DNA of 64,000 nucleotides from Lama glama (Eukaryota). Shown here one piece after another: positions 1-13,604 of the stretch. The DNA lies in the NCBI GenBank assembly GCA_028534125.1, contig CM052817.1, positions 25,856,001 to 25,920,000 on the forward strand, written 5' to 3'. The notes beneath the pieces were generated by a model that worked only from the letters and a program-made list of their open reading frames with translations, was not told where the DNA came from and did not search any database. Numbering within the stretch: the stretch's first letter is position 1; each line of letters begins with the position of its first letter. The translations under genes were made by a program, and so were the position numbers.

Positions 1-277
1 AACAGCACGTTTTCTAGGTTTGATATGGGGAAATCCCTGATCAAATAAATTATTAGAACAAAAAAGCCCTATTGCCCCCAAAGAGTTAATGAGCTAATCC
101 TCATTTTCCCACAGAGGGTGGGCTAGTGAGGTCGAGGGCAGGAGAAAAAACTATTAAACCTTTTACCTGTAGACTTTCTAAAGATCGTGATAACTGTTTT
201 TTTGAATCCTAAAAACTAATATCTGATTGTAGGAAGCTACTTTTGGAGTGAATGTCGTGCTGATATGATTCTCCTAA

Positions 278-400
<123 letters not shown>

Positions 401-1635
401 TAAATTTAAAATAGTATTTTATAAATTAGCTATTGATAATTGGCAACCCTCTAAGAAAGGCAAAGCAGAGGACAGAAAACATCTTCACTCCTCATCTGGC
501 CTGAAGTGCCAGGCTATTAAATTTTTTCCATACTTAATATACCTCAGTCAATGTTTTATGTATTCGGATATAGACTACTGTCTCTTTTTATTTGAGAGTT
601 AAATACTAGCAGTTGAAATTATGATACAATGTGGCATGAAAATGAAATTAAGCAATAGTTCTTTTATTAAGGAAGATAACTTATGATGCAGATGAAAACA
701 AGAGTAAAGAAACATGAATTCCATACCTATGGCTGTAGGCTGTACTGTCTAAGCCACAGAGCAGTATTAAAATATAGCGATGGATAGTTAATATCCTAAA
801 CATACAAAGCTTTCCTGCAACTTAATATAAGAAACCCAAAGATGCAAGGAGGAAAAGGGCTAAAGACAAGGAGTCTCAGAGGAGGAAATACAGCTATGAA
901 ACTGTATTTCATGCAAACATGATAAAGTTCTATCTCACTAATAGTAACTAAAGTAAAGCAACAGTATATCATTTTAACCTATCATATTGGGAAAGATTTA
1001 CTTTACGCTAATAACAATACTGTCAAATTGTACTTGTTACACATGACTAACCAGAGTGTAAATTTCTAAAGTCTTTAGAAAGTTATTTGGCAATATGTAT
1101 TAAGAGATTTTTAAAGGTTAATACCTTCTACTTCTAGAAAAGTAACCTTAAGAAATAGGGAAATACACTAAATATCTTGTTAAAATGGAAAGAGCTGGAA
1201 AGAGCTAGAGACTGAGAAGTCTTGAGCTCCATCTACAGGTCTACACACAAAGATTTTATATATAACTGTTAAGTTGTATCTATAATTGTGAAAAATTTTG
1301 TATTTTCTGTTTTGTAAAATAAGTCTATATTGCTATTATAATCTTCCCACTTAAAAAATAGTAAAATGTAAAAAATTAGATAGATATGGTTTGGATGAGA
1401 AAACAGAATTCAACATTGATATTTTCCTGTTAGTTTATCAAACCCCCCAAAATAACATATTTTAGTGAGATGGTTCCTGGTGTTCTTTCTGATTAAAAAA
1501 ACAAAACAAAACAAAAAAACCCCCCAAAAAACAAAAAAACGAGTTCAAGAAAAATAAGCAACTACCATCAATAAAAGAGAGAAGCATCCCAAACATTTAT
1601 TGAGATTTTTTTCCCCCAAATTGTAACAGTGTTAA

Positions 1636-1818
<183 letters not shown>

Positions 1819-2124
1819 TAACATGATGCGTTAGTATTTTGGGACTTCCAAAAACTAGCCTTAGAAGAAAGCCCCCACTTCCCCTTATGAAATAAATCAA
1901 TGCCAATGAAATATTTATTCTTTTCTATTTTTCTAAAAATTAGTTCTAAGTGTTTAAATTCAAAGGCTGTTGTAGTTAACATGTGAGAGTGTGTTTTCTA
2001 AATACAAGCATATGGTATAGAACTACAGTTTACCACATACATTTTTACTTTTAAATGGTTTCTCATGGTTGAAAAATATTGTATTTTGTAAATGACAAAC
2101 TTATTTTATATGTCAATTTAATAA

Positions 2125-2283
<159 letters not shown>

Positions 2284-2854
2284 TAATTCCTCTTAAAGAT
2301 TATATCACAGAAACACTTTGACTCTTTGAAGCTTATGATCCGATTGGTATAGCCACAAGCACACGCACACACACCGCTTAGATACAGATACGCACGTGCC
2401 TATAGGTTACTTGTTAGATTTCAGAATCCCTACTATCACCTTAAAGGTGAGATGGAATTGTAAGACCACTTTCAAAAATTAAGGTGTTTTGGGTGGCTTC
2501 CACGAGAGGCCACATTTCCCAAATCCTACTATTGATCAACCAATGGTAAAGCAAGTTTCCAAAATGAAGGTAACAGAAAATGTAGTGATTTTTGAAAAAG
2601 TAAATGTTTTCATAAATTTTTAAACTTGAGTTATGAATTAAGAATATATGATTGATTACCTTGATTAAAAATGATATATACAAGATGTGGTTTTAAAAGA
2701 TTTTGAAAGTCCAAAAGAAAATACTGTATTCTGAGAGTACCTGCTTGTAGGTTTTCTTCCTATGTTTGCAATTATCCTCAGAAACAACTAAAATAATTTT
2801 CAGATTTTCATTTCATGGGCCATATGTAACATTATTTGTAGGGTGGTTTTGCTT

Positions 2855-3150
2855 TTTTATAATTTTTTATTGTGGTAAAATATACATAACATCAATTTAC
2901 CACTTTAGCCATTTCTAAGTGTACAGTTTAGTTGCATTAAGTACATACACATTGTTGTGCAACCATCACCACATTCGTCTCCACAACTTTTTCATCATCC
3001 TGAACTAAAACACTGGACCCATTAAACAATAATTCCCATTCCCCTTCCCCCTCAGTCCCTGGGAAACACTGTTCTACTTTCTGTCTCTATGAATTTGACT
3101 ATTCATGGTACCTCATGTAAGTGGAATTATAATGTTTGTCCTTTTGTGTT
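2855..3150 (-). mobile_element. L1M (L1MB-like) 3' end fragment
   Basis: ttttattgtggtaaaatatacataacat...gtacagttta...tgtgcaaccatcacc...tctgtctctatgaatttgact matches the reverse of an old L1 3'UTR. Confidence 0.75.
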
Positions 3151-3452
3151 ATTTTGTTATTTTGTTCACAAGTGACCATACAAATTGATGGTAGGATTCA
3201 TGAGAAAATTTTTGTTTCAATCTTTAAGGGAAATGATAGGTAAAAGCAAATTCTAGTACCTTAGGAAGTCATTCAAATAATTGGAGAAAATAAAGAACTA
3301 AAGATCAAAAGGAGGTACAGGTAAAAGCAACATTGCAGTTATTAATTTTTAATTTGACAGATGACATTTCTTTCCTAACATTGCAAATCATCATTGCACA
3401 AAAGCCTTGAAGTTTTTCTAATTTTTTCAGAAGGGTGTGTCTTAGCCTCTAT

Positions 3453-3486
3453 CATATGCGCGCGCGCACACACACACACACACACA
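3453..3486. repeat. (CG)n(CA)n compound microsatellite
   Basis: catatgcgcgcgcgcacacacacacacacacaca: 34 bp of uninterrupted purine/pyrimidine alternation. Confidence 0.95.
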
Positions 3487-4255
3487 GCCTCCCACCCCCA
3501 CAGCATAACCCACACTCTTCTCCACCTTGCTTAACTTCCTTCTCTTATAAACTCTCTATCTGCCTTGGGCTGGGGCGCAGGGCTACTCCTGTACTGTGGT
3601 GCCCCACTGGGCCTCCAACTCCCACAGGTAAATGTAAACAATGGATTGCAACTCCAGCAGCTTTTAGGTCTTCTGTGCTTAATATATTTAAGCTTCAAAT
3701 CAAAAGAAAAACAATACCAAAAAAAGGAAAACCTAATCTTTAAATAGTATCTGTTGGCCACCTGAATATAATCTTCCTCATCTGACAAACACGTACAATC
3801 TGTCGTTTAAACTGGGCGTTGCTGAGAGAGGGAGATGGGTTACGTTTGCATTCTGGTGAACTTTGCTTCTGATCATTCTGAATCCCTAGGCAAATCTTGG
3901 GTTGAGATTATAGTCATACTTGTGCTTGTGGTTTTAGGAAATGAGATTGAGACTTAAAAAAATGATAAAAGTTGCTAAGGATAATGTGCAACCACAGCCT
4001 AGATTCTCACAAAGCCTCATAATTTCCTCTCCTGATTGCTGCTGTTTAGAGTGAAGAGAAGATGGAACAGAGTGGTTATGTGGGGTAATTATGGTGAATG
4101 TGTTTGGTGATGAAACAGAAACTGATAATACTTACTGTTAAAAGGTTTTAATCACCTCTTTTTAGATCACCTGTTTTTAGCTCTTATTTTGAGGTTAGCA
4201 ATAAAAGGTAAACAAGTTTTGCTCAGATATTTTACTCAGTGAATTTCTGTTGTAG

Positions 4256-4368
4256 GTTCTGAAGACACCACTAACGAGGACTATCAGAGCATTGCCTTGT
4301 ATTTTGAAGGAGAAAAAAGACATTTTCAGGCTGGAAAATTCTTCCTGCTGTGTGGCCAGTATTCACGA
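4256..4368 (+). CDS. WDR19: WDR19 coding exon (probable exon 27)
   Basis: ttgtag|GT...CGA|gtaagt; [37 protein letters not shown]. Confidence 0.96.
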
Positions 4369-5276
4369 GTAAGTATTTGCCAGGAAAACATACTTTGGCC
4401 TCCACAGGAATAATTAGAGGAAATATTTTTAAATACTTTATGCTCCCAGACACACAGATTTGAAATCTCAGAGTCGACCTTAAAATCTTCCCCTCTCTCC
4501 CCGTCTGGTCATATTCTCCCTAAATCTCTCTCACGGGTCTCGTTCTAATTACCATCGACTTAACTCGAACCTGGGTCACCTCGCTTTAGACGGTTGCAAA
4601 GTGGTTTCCTGTTTTCCTTGTTTTTTAGTTTCTCTCTCTATAGCTCATCTCTTTCGTTTTGTTCCTTAAATGGTACTGACTTTGGTTGCTAAAGAGCCCC
4701 TAAAGCAGGCGCTTTGGCGTTCAAGCAAGAAATGGAAACAGGTGAAGCTGTGGGCTAAGGCTGCGCGTTCATTGTGTGACAGGGCAGGGACAACTGGACG
4801 GCACCTGTCCTGTCTGAAGGGAACAGCTGCTGCTCACCTCCAAAAAAGGGTTGCCCTTCAGGAGTTGGTGCCCACTGGTGCCAGACCATAGGATTTTTCA
4901 CAAGAAATAAATGTCTGGGTCTCCCAGTTTTAAAATATGGGCCCAGATATTTGTATAACATCTCACTGGCCAAAGAAACATGTCTGTGTGAATTCAGCCT
5001 TCAGGCCACCAGTGTGCTGTTCTGGCCTGTTAGAAACTGAGTCCAAGCTCCTTAGCAGGCAGGCGAGAGAATTTCCACAGTTTGACAGACCAGCCTGAAC
5101 GTCCCAGTCTGGCATCTAGCTTTTTTCACTGAAGAAGCCTACACTTCCGCTAGCCTTTTTCCATCCATGGTCTTCCCCTGGACCCCTCCCGCCCTCTTCC
5201 CCGCCTCCACAGACCTGTTCACCTTCAAGTCCTTTTCCTCTGGGGTACCTTGGCATCATCCTTGTGTTCAATCGTC

Positions 5277-5776
5277 NNNNNNNNNNNNNNNNNNNNNNNN
5301 NNNNNNNNNNNNNNNNNNNNNNNNNNNNNNNNNNNNNNNNNNNNNNNNNNNNNNNNNNNNNNNNNNNNNNNNNNNNNNNNNNNNNNNNNNNNNNNNNNNN
5401 NNNNNNNNNNNNNNNNNNNNNNNNNNNNNNNNNNNNNNNNNNNNNNNNNNNNNNNNNNNNNNNNNNNNNNNNNNNNNNNNNNNNNNNNNNNNNNNNNNNN
5501 NNNNNNNNNNNNNNNNNNNNNNNNNNNNNNNNNNNNNNNNNNNNNNNNNNNNNNNNNNNNNNNNNNNNNNNNNNNNNNNNNNNNNNNNNNNNNNNNNNNN
5601 NNNNNNNNNNNNNNNNNNNNNNNNNNNNNNNNNNNNNNNNNNNNNNNNNNNNNNNNNNNNNNNNNNNNNNNNNNNNNNNNNNNNNNNNNNNNNNNNNNNN
5701 NNNNNNNNNNNNNNNNNNNNNNNNNNNNNNNNNNNNNNNNNNNNNNNNNNNNNNNNNNNNNNNNNNNNNNNNNNNN
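5277..5776. other. Assembly gap (500 N)
   Basis: Run of N; flanking exons join in frame (YSR|ALKH). Confidence 1.
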
Positions 5777-6288
5777 TAACCTTAAACATACTCCAGGTGT
5801 GGTGGTGTGGTGCAAGGGTTAGACAACCATGGCTTAAAGTGATTGGCTTCTTCTGTTATCATCACATCACATGCATCTCCCCAAGTAGATTGTACAGGAT
5901 ACAGAAAGGTGGTCCATATAATATCCTTCCTGGTATTTTCCATAGCGTCTGGCAGAGTCTCGTATTCAAAGCAGCAGATTGTCAGTAAATATTTGCTGAA
6001 TGAATCAATGAATGAAAATAATTAAATCTTCCTACCGAAAGAGGGCATATTTTTCGCTCTGATTTCTTTCAAAACCAGAACTAGATTCTTCAGAGGGTCA
6101 GCTGGATCCTACCACTTTTTAAACTACACTCAGCCTTTTAAGTATTTAAGACCCAGCACTGCGCAAGCCCCTGGTTGAGATGAAGATACTTTCACAAACT
6201 ACAATTACTTTGTGTGTGTGAAAGCTTTGTTTTTCCCAATGTGAAGGCAATCTGAAAATTTTTCATTATTATATAATTCTCATTTCAG

Positions 6289-6357
6289 GCACTTAAACAC
6301 TTCCTAAAATGTCCAAGCTCAGAGGATAATGCAGCAATAGAAATGGCAATTGAAACT
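6289..6357 (+). CDS. WDR19: WDR19 coding exon (probable exon 28)
   Basis: catttcag|GCA...ACT|gtaagt; [23 protein letters not shown]. Confidence 0.96.
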
Positions 6358-6399
6358 GTAAGTAAACTCTGTACTGAAACTTTCAAGAATGCTAATTTT

Positions 6400-8450
6400 T
6401 TAAAAACCTTTTGAAGAAAATTCCAAATATTTACAAAAGTAGACCAAACAGTATAACAAATTCCCATGTACCCATCCTCTCATTTCAACAGCTGTCAAAG
6501 TGTGGCCAGTCTTATTTTACTCACCCCCACCCTTTTTCCCTGTATTATTTTAAAGCAAATTACAGACATCATGTCATTTCATTTGTGGTTCAAAATCTCT
6601 CTCTAAAATAAGAACCTTGGGATTTTCTTTTAGGTGTAACTTACATACAGTAAAATGTATGAATCCTAAGTATACAACTCAGTTTTTTCATGTATGTACA
6701 CCTGTGTAACCCCTACCCAGATCAAGAGAGAGAACATTTCCAGCTCCCCAGAAGGCCCACTCATGATGCCTCCAAATCAGTGCCCCCCACCAAGGGTAAC
6801 CGCACTTCTGACTTCTTACAGATTGGTTTTACATGTTTATGAATTTCATATAAATAGAGTTATACATATGTTCTCTTTTGTGTATAATTTCTTTCGGTCA
6901 GCATTAAATCTGTGAAGGCATCTGTGGTATTCATGTAGCAATAGTTCATTCTTATTCATGGCTGTGTAGTATTCCGTCATGTGACTGTCACAATTTATTT
7001 ACCTTTTACTCTGTTAGTGGACACTTGGGTTGTCTCAGTTTGCACATATTACAAATAAAGTTGCCATCGGAGCCATTCGTGTCTTTTGGTGGACATAATC
7101 ATTCAGTTTTTTGGGGTATGTATCCAGGAGTAGAATTATTAGGTCATAGGGTGTACATATTTTCAGCAACAGTAGGTACTGCCCAACATCTCTTCAAAGC
7201 AGCTGTGCCGGTTTCAGTCTACCAACAACGTAAAGAATGTAGTTGCTCCCCATCTTCACCAGCACTTCTCAGTCTCCTTCATTGTAACTAAGCTGATAGA
7301 TGTGTAGTGGTCTCTCATTGTGGTCCTAATTCATTTTTCTAAAGAATAATGATATTGAGCACCTTTTCATATGTTCATTGACCATTTGAATATCCTCTTT
7401 TTATAAAGTTCTGTTCAATCTTGTTTCTGATTTTTAATTGTATCGTCTCATCTTATCCTTCCTGATTTGTAGGACTGAATTATATATTCTGGATACAGAT
7501 CTTTTCATCAGACATACATGCCTTGTGAAAATCTCTCAAGCTGTGGCTTGCCTTTTAATTCTTTAGTGCTATCTTGATGAAAAGAAGTTCTTAACATTTA
7601 GTAAAGACAAGCTTATGAATCTTTTCTTTTATGGTTAGTCCTTTTTTGTCCTCTTAAGAAATCTTTGTCTGTCCCATGGTTGTGCAGGCATTTCTCTTAT
7701 GTTCTCTTCATGTAATTTGGTTGTTTTAGCCTTCTTATGTAGGCCTATGCCTAAATCCAAAGATTCTTATCTTTTGTGTCTGTATGAAGTAGGAGTCAAG
7801 AATCTTTCTTTTCCATATGACTATCCAGTTAATCCAGCACCATTTATCAAAAGACTGCCCTTCCCCCTACTGAATTCCTATGGAGCATTTGTCATAGATG
7901 AAATGATCAGGTATGTGAGAGTCCGGTTTTGGGCTCTTTATTCTCTTGTATTAATTTATTTGTCTAGCCTGTACTAATACCACACTATCTTAATTACTGT
8001 ATATATGTCTTATATTTCTACGTGTATGGAGTTGTCTATTCTAGACATTTTGTGTCAGTGGAACTATACGATGTGACCTTTTTGTGTCTGGTTTCTTTCA
8101 CTTAGCATAATGTTTTCAAGGTTCATCTGTGTTGTAACATGTACTTTAGCCCTCTTATGTGTATACACATTGTGTGTATCTGTTCATCAGTTGATAACAC
8201 ATTTGGGTTGTTTTCACTTTGGAGCTGTTATGAATAATGCTGCCATGAACATTTGTGTACAAGTTTTCGCATGGACATGTGTTTTCATGTCTCCTGGGTA
8301 TATACCTAGGAGTAGAATTGCTAGGCCATGTATTAAGTTTATGTTTAACATTTTGAGGAACTGCCCAGCTGTTTCCCAAAGCAGCTACACTATTTTACAT
8401 TCCCAGCAACAGTGTATTGGGGTTCCAGATTCTACAACAATAATTTGATA
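6400..8450 (-). mobile_element. Cluster of old nested L1M fragments
   Basis: Reverse L1 3'UTR and ORF2-end motifs (atgaataatgctgccatgaacatttgtgtacaagt, tatacctaggagtagaattgct, ccagcaccatttatcaaaagact); ORFs 8110-8448 and 8155-8379 are L1-like remnants. Confidence 0.8.
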
Positions 8451-8694
8451 TTGTCAAACATCTAGTTAAAGTACGACTTTCCCTAACTGTTACATAAATG
8501 CTTTTTCACAGTTGGTTAGTTCATATCATATCCAGATAAGGTCCTTGCATTGCACTTAGTTTATACATGCCTTAAGTCTCTTCTATCAAAAGACTTTTCC
8601 TTCCCCATCTCCTTCTCTCCCCCTCCTTCCATCTCCTCTTCTCGTTTCTTCCCCTTCTTCCTCCTCCTCTCTTCATTTTTTTTCATTTTCTTTG

Positions 8695-9576
8695 TATTTT
8701 TATTGAAGTATAGTTGATTTACAATGTTGTGTTAATTTCTAGTGTACAGCATAGTGATTCATTTATACATATATATTCCTTTTCATATTCTTTTTCAGTA
8801 TAGATCATTACAAGGTATTGAATATAGTTCCCTGTGCTATACAGTAGGATCTCATTGTGTATCTATTTTATATGTAGTAGTTAGTATCTGTAAATCTCGA
8901 ACTCCCAATTTATCCCTTCCCCACTGGTAACCGTGAGTTGTCTTCTATGTTTGTGAGTCTGTCTCTGTTTTAGAAATAAGTTCATTTGTGTCCCTTTCTT
9001 TTTTTAGATTCCACATGTAAGTGATATCATATGGTATTTTTCTTTCTCTCTGTGGCTTATTTCACCTAGTATGATGATCTCCACATCCACTCATATTGCT
9101 GCAAATGGCATTATTTTATTCTTTTTATGGCTGAGTAATATTCCATTGTATAACTATAACACAACTTCTTTATCCAGTCATCTGTTGATGGACATTTAGG
9201 TTATTTCCACATCTTGGCTATTGTAAATAGTGCTGCTATGAACATTGGGGTGCATGTATCTTTTCAAATTAGAGTTCCCTCCAGATCTATGCCCAGGAGT
9301 GGGATTGCTGGATCACATGGTAAATCTAATTTTGGTTTTTTAAGGAATCTCCCTGCTGTTTTCCATAACAGCTGCACCAAACTACATTGCCACGAACAGT
9401 GTAGGAGGATTTTCTTTTCCCCACAACTTCTCCAGCATTTATTATTTGTGGACTTTTCAACAATGGTCATTCTGACTAATGTGAGGTGATAACCCATTGT
9501 AGTTTTGATTTGCATTTCTCTGACAACTAGCAATATTGAGCCTTTTTTCATGTGCCTGTTGGCCATTTGTATGTCT
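8695..9576 (-). mobile_element. Younger 5'-truncated L1 (ORF2 C-terminus plus 3'UTR)
   Basis: ttttattgaagtatagttgatttacaatgttgtgtt 3' end; ORF 9264-9566(-) MANRHMKK...[14 protein letters not shown]...[11 protein letters not shown] is the L1 ORF2 Cys-rich C-terminus. Confidence 0.92.
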
Positions 9577-9904
9577 TATTTTTCCTCTTCTCTTCCTCCC
9601 TTTCCTTCCTCTCCTCCTCTTTCTCCTTTATTTCTTCTCCCCTCTCCCCTTTCACTTTACCTTCATTGTTTTCTTGTTAAGAAAATGAGTTATTTGTCCT
9701 GAGGAATTCCTGACATTTAGAGTTAACTGATTGCACTCTGTTAAATCTGATTGTGGTATAATTTATCTTGTTTCTCTGTTGCCTGTATTTCCAACCAACT
9801 AGTAACCAAATCTATATGTTTAATTAGACATAGATTTTATATTTTTGGAAAAAACTACTTCATAGATGATGCCATGTACTTATTTCATCACAATAGTAGC
9901 CCCA

Positions 9905-10286
9905 TGTCTTAGTTCAGGCTGCCATAACAAAATACCACAGACTGGGTGGCTTAAACAACAGAAATGATTTCTCCCAGTTCTGGAGGCTGAGAAGTCTAAG
10001 ATTAAGGCACCAGCCTGGTGAGGGCTCTCTTCCTGGCTTGCAGATAGCCACCTTCTTGCTATGTCCTCAAACAGCCTTTCCTTGGTACTTTATAATGGAA
10101 AGAATGGGGATCTCTCTTGCTTCCTCTTCTTATAAAATCACTAATCCCATCATGAGGGCCCTAACTTCATAACCTAATCTAACCCTGATTACCTCCCAGG
10201 GGCCTCGACTTCAAATACCATCACTTTAGCAGTTCGAGCTTCAACATATGAAGAGGAGTAGGGGGATCAGCTTTCAGTCCATAACA
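9905..10286 (-). mobile_element. MaLR solo LTR (MLT1A/MST-like)
   Basis: TG...CA ends (tgtcttagttcaggctgccataacaaaataccacagactggg...tcagtccataaca); near-identical 5 bp flanks cccca/gccca. Confidence 0.88.
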
Positions 10287-13175
10287 GCCCATTTTTATTG
10301 CCTCTCTTTTTATGGTGTTAAGGTTGATTATTGGGTGTAGGTGTGATCAGCCTGATCCATTCGTTACAAGGTTTCCCATAAAGCTGTCACCTAATGATTT
10401 CAGCAGCCAATTATGTTTATTACCTAGATCCATTTTTTCACTTGGAGTTACAAAATGGTGTTGTTCTAATTCTGTCACTCCTCTTGAACTCCATATCAGC
10501 TATTTGGTTACTCTGAAAAGGGAATATAGGATAAATACTTGAGTTTTTTTTTTCATTTTATTTACTAGTTTTCAGAATAATACGTTAGTTCCCTGACATC
10601 CTCCAAAAGTGACTGATGAGGTGCTTTTGTTTTTAATATCATTATGAGCTCATAGATTTTTAGCTTATTTGATACATTTTAATTCATTGCAGTTGATATT
10701 ATTTTTGAGTCCCAGATTATTCCTTTACATTGAGTATTTTTTTTCTGTCTGACATAATCCTATTTGTCTTTGAATCTTCCTTGCATTTAGGTACAAGATA
10801 TTACAGATTTCATTTCTTGCCCCAGTCCTGGAACCAACCATTTCTCTAAAGGGTTCTGTATCTTTTTAGTGAAAAATATTAGTTACAGATTATAATTTGG
10901 GTCCTAAGAATATTCACTGCTACTGAGCTGATCATTGTTTCTAAGCTTTTTCAGTAAGAATGTTGACATTTTTATTGTGACACAAAAAATTAGTATTAAT
11001 TTTCTAAAAGTATCTGAATTCGAAGCTGCAGGGGAATTATTAAAGAGAAGAAATTATTCTCTGGCTGTTCTCAAAAGGCTATTATTTTAAAAAAATTTGC
11101 TTTTCTCTGCACATCTGCAATATTTTCTAAGGCCTACTTCCTCCAGGAAGCCAGAATCAAAACTTGCAGCAGTTCCCAGGAGTACATCCCCCATGTTCCC
11201 TCGCAAAGAGAGACTGGGACTCTGGTCCCAAATTCATAAATCCAGAAGGGCTCTGACTTGGTCAGTTTAGGTGTTCATTCCAGGATCAATCAACTGGTGG
11301 CCCCAGCGATGGAATATCATGCCTGGGTAAATTGGGTCAAATTTCCACCCCTAGACACTCTGGCCTCTGTGGCCATGGAGGTGCGGGTCCTCTAAGATAC
11401 GGAAGTCCCACTGGAACCCCATGGTTGAGATGGAGGCTGGAGCATTTCTCAGAATAGTGGAAGGGATCAACATCAGACAAAACTATTGCTGTCCCTTGCA
11501 ACTGTCAAATTTCTCTCCTCTCATTAGTTAGTATTTTTTAATCCTACACCACACATTTTGTAAAAATTTTGTTAAGATAAGGGACATGTAGTCTTTAAAA
11601 TTAGTATGTTTGTATTCTTAATCCATTACCAAGATTACTTCATTCAGACAAATCCATTCTGAACTTCACTCCTGGATAATTTTTCTGAAGTCCAATTTTG
11701 AATCATCTTATTCTCCAGCTCCCATTGCTTCATTATTTATTCCCTGACCATCCTTCATGGATCACACACAGAGTCTGATATCCTTGGAGGTGATCCAGGC
11801 TAACCTCCATTTTACTGATAAGGAAACTGAGGTCCCAGAAGATGATATGACCAACCTAAAGACGCTCAAATAGAGAGGCAAAGAGCTAGGACTAAAACCA
11901 AAGTCTTTTTTACAGCCAAACCATCTTATTACACTCCTAGGTCAGTGGTCTGTGCTACAGCTAACCTGGCCACTTTGACCTGCGTAGTTCAGGGCTCCCT
12001 CCCTTCCTTTGTTTCTTCACTCTCACTGTTACCAGACCCAGAACACCCTCCCTCCTACACCCCTGCCCTTCAAACTCCCACTCACCATGTGGGACCCTCT
12101 TTGCATACCCCTTCCTATAAAGCTTTTCCTGAACTAGCCTCATTTAATCCTTATAACAATTTTGTCAGTTATGTGTTATTTTTATCCTCTTTGAGGTCCC
12201 AAGAGTGACCCGCTCTGGATCACACAGGTGATCTTTGACCTCAGACAGGCTGGCTCTTCCCCGTATGGGCTTATTCACCCAAAGCCATGCACAAAAGCCA
12301 TCCAGATGATGAGCTCTACCATTTCTCTTCCTTCCTCGTAGCAGTGGCAAGATCAGAGGCAACAGATGGGTCAAAGCTTAGCTTTCTTGCACCGACAATG
12401 ACCATAGTCAGCGGACTGTGTAGAAATTCTGCAGCCCGAGAGCCTCTGCACCCCACGGGCTCACAATCACCTCGTCTGTGCTCTAGTCTAGTGACCCCGT
12501 CCTTCCGCTAGTGCACAAAGGACTTCCAAACTTCTTCTTAGACTTCCCCTGGGTGTTGCTCTGTCCCTAATGAGTTTCCTTCCTTTTCCAGTGGCTTTTC
12601 TCACTACGTCACTAATATGACAAGAGGGCAGTGCTGTTCTGTTCAGTGTTCTTCCTCTTGGTTGAGTTCCAGTTGGGTTCTTGGCTCACCTCTTTTTTAT
12701 AGACATGAGACACTTAAGCCTCTTAATCTTGTCAGTAATTATTTCTACTAACTAAAGCTAACACATTTTCATCCTCTCATATAGTAAATAATTTTCCTGA
12801 TCAATACCGCCCAACAGGGGAGTGATTTATGGAGATGACTTTACGATGACCCTCAAATCTGAATTTCCAGACCAGAGTCCTCTCCAGAACGTCGTATTTC
12901 CAGCTGCCTGTCCTCTTCTGGGATCCTCTGGCCATACTTTTGTCTTCATTTTTGATTACACGTAGCCTTGTGTACAAACACATTTCCTCAGAAGCCCTGG
13001 AAATGAGGTGCTCAGCTGTACAGTTTGTATGAGGCCCAGGATGTTATTCTGTCAGAGTCACTTAAGAAAGTTTTTATTGAAACATCCAAGAAGCATATTC
13101 TCTCTGTGTGTGAAAAAAAAGAATAATACTACAGCATTTTGATATAAAAAGCTATAGCTTCTAAGGATGGATTTT

Positions 13176-13318
13176 TTTATAATTTTTTTCTTTTGGGGAG
13201 TAATTAGGTTTATGTATTCATTTATTTTAATTTTTTTTTTAATGGAGGTACTGGGGATTGAACCCAGGATCTCGTGCCTGGTAAGCATGCACTCTACCAC
13301 TGAGCTATACCCTCTGCC
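13176..13318 (-). mobile_element. tRNA-Ala-derived SINE (camelid Vic-1 type)
   Basis: Reverse strand GGGTATAGCTCAGTGGTAGAGTGCATGCTT...GGGTTCAATCCCCAGTACCTCCA (A/B boxes) plus A-rich tail; perfect 24 bp direct repeats at 13152-13175 and 13319-13342. Confidence 0.92.
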
Positions 13319-13526
13319 CTATAGCTTCTAAGGATGGATTTTCATTACTGGAGACTATAAATGAATGCAGACAGACCCTGAGCTTACATCATGTTTCAGG
13401 CACTTGACTCTAGGTATTTTTACATATTTTTAAAATTCCACCTCCTCAGCAGATTATTTGTCCTTTTCCCCCCCTCTTCCTAGGTTTAAGATGCTGAACT
13501 TACTGTTTCTTTCTCTTCCTAAACAG

Positions 13527-13604
13527 GTTGGTCAGGCCAAAGATGAGCTGCTGACCAGTCAACTGATAGACCACCTTATGGGGGAGAGTGATGGCATGCC
13601 TAAG
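13527..13604 (+). CDS. WDR19: WDR19 coding exon (probable exon 29)
   Basis: cctaaacag|GTT...AAG|gtact; [26 protein letters not shown]. Confidence 0.96.

Noticed and set aside
5167..5988. Long ORFs of 171-273 aa
   Set aside because: They are artefacts of translating through the 500 N gap; the same applies to ORFs at 22443-22789
9264..9566. 100 aa ORF as a possible gene
   Set aside because: It is the C-terminal remnant of a 5'-truncated L1 ORF2
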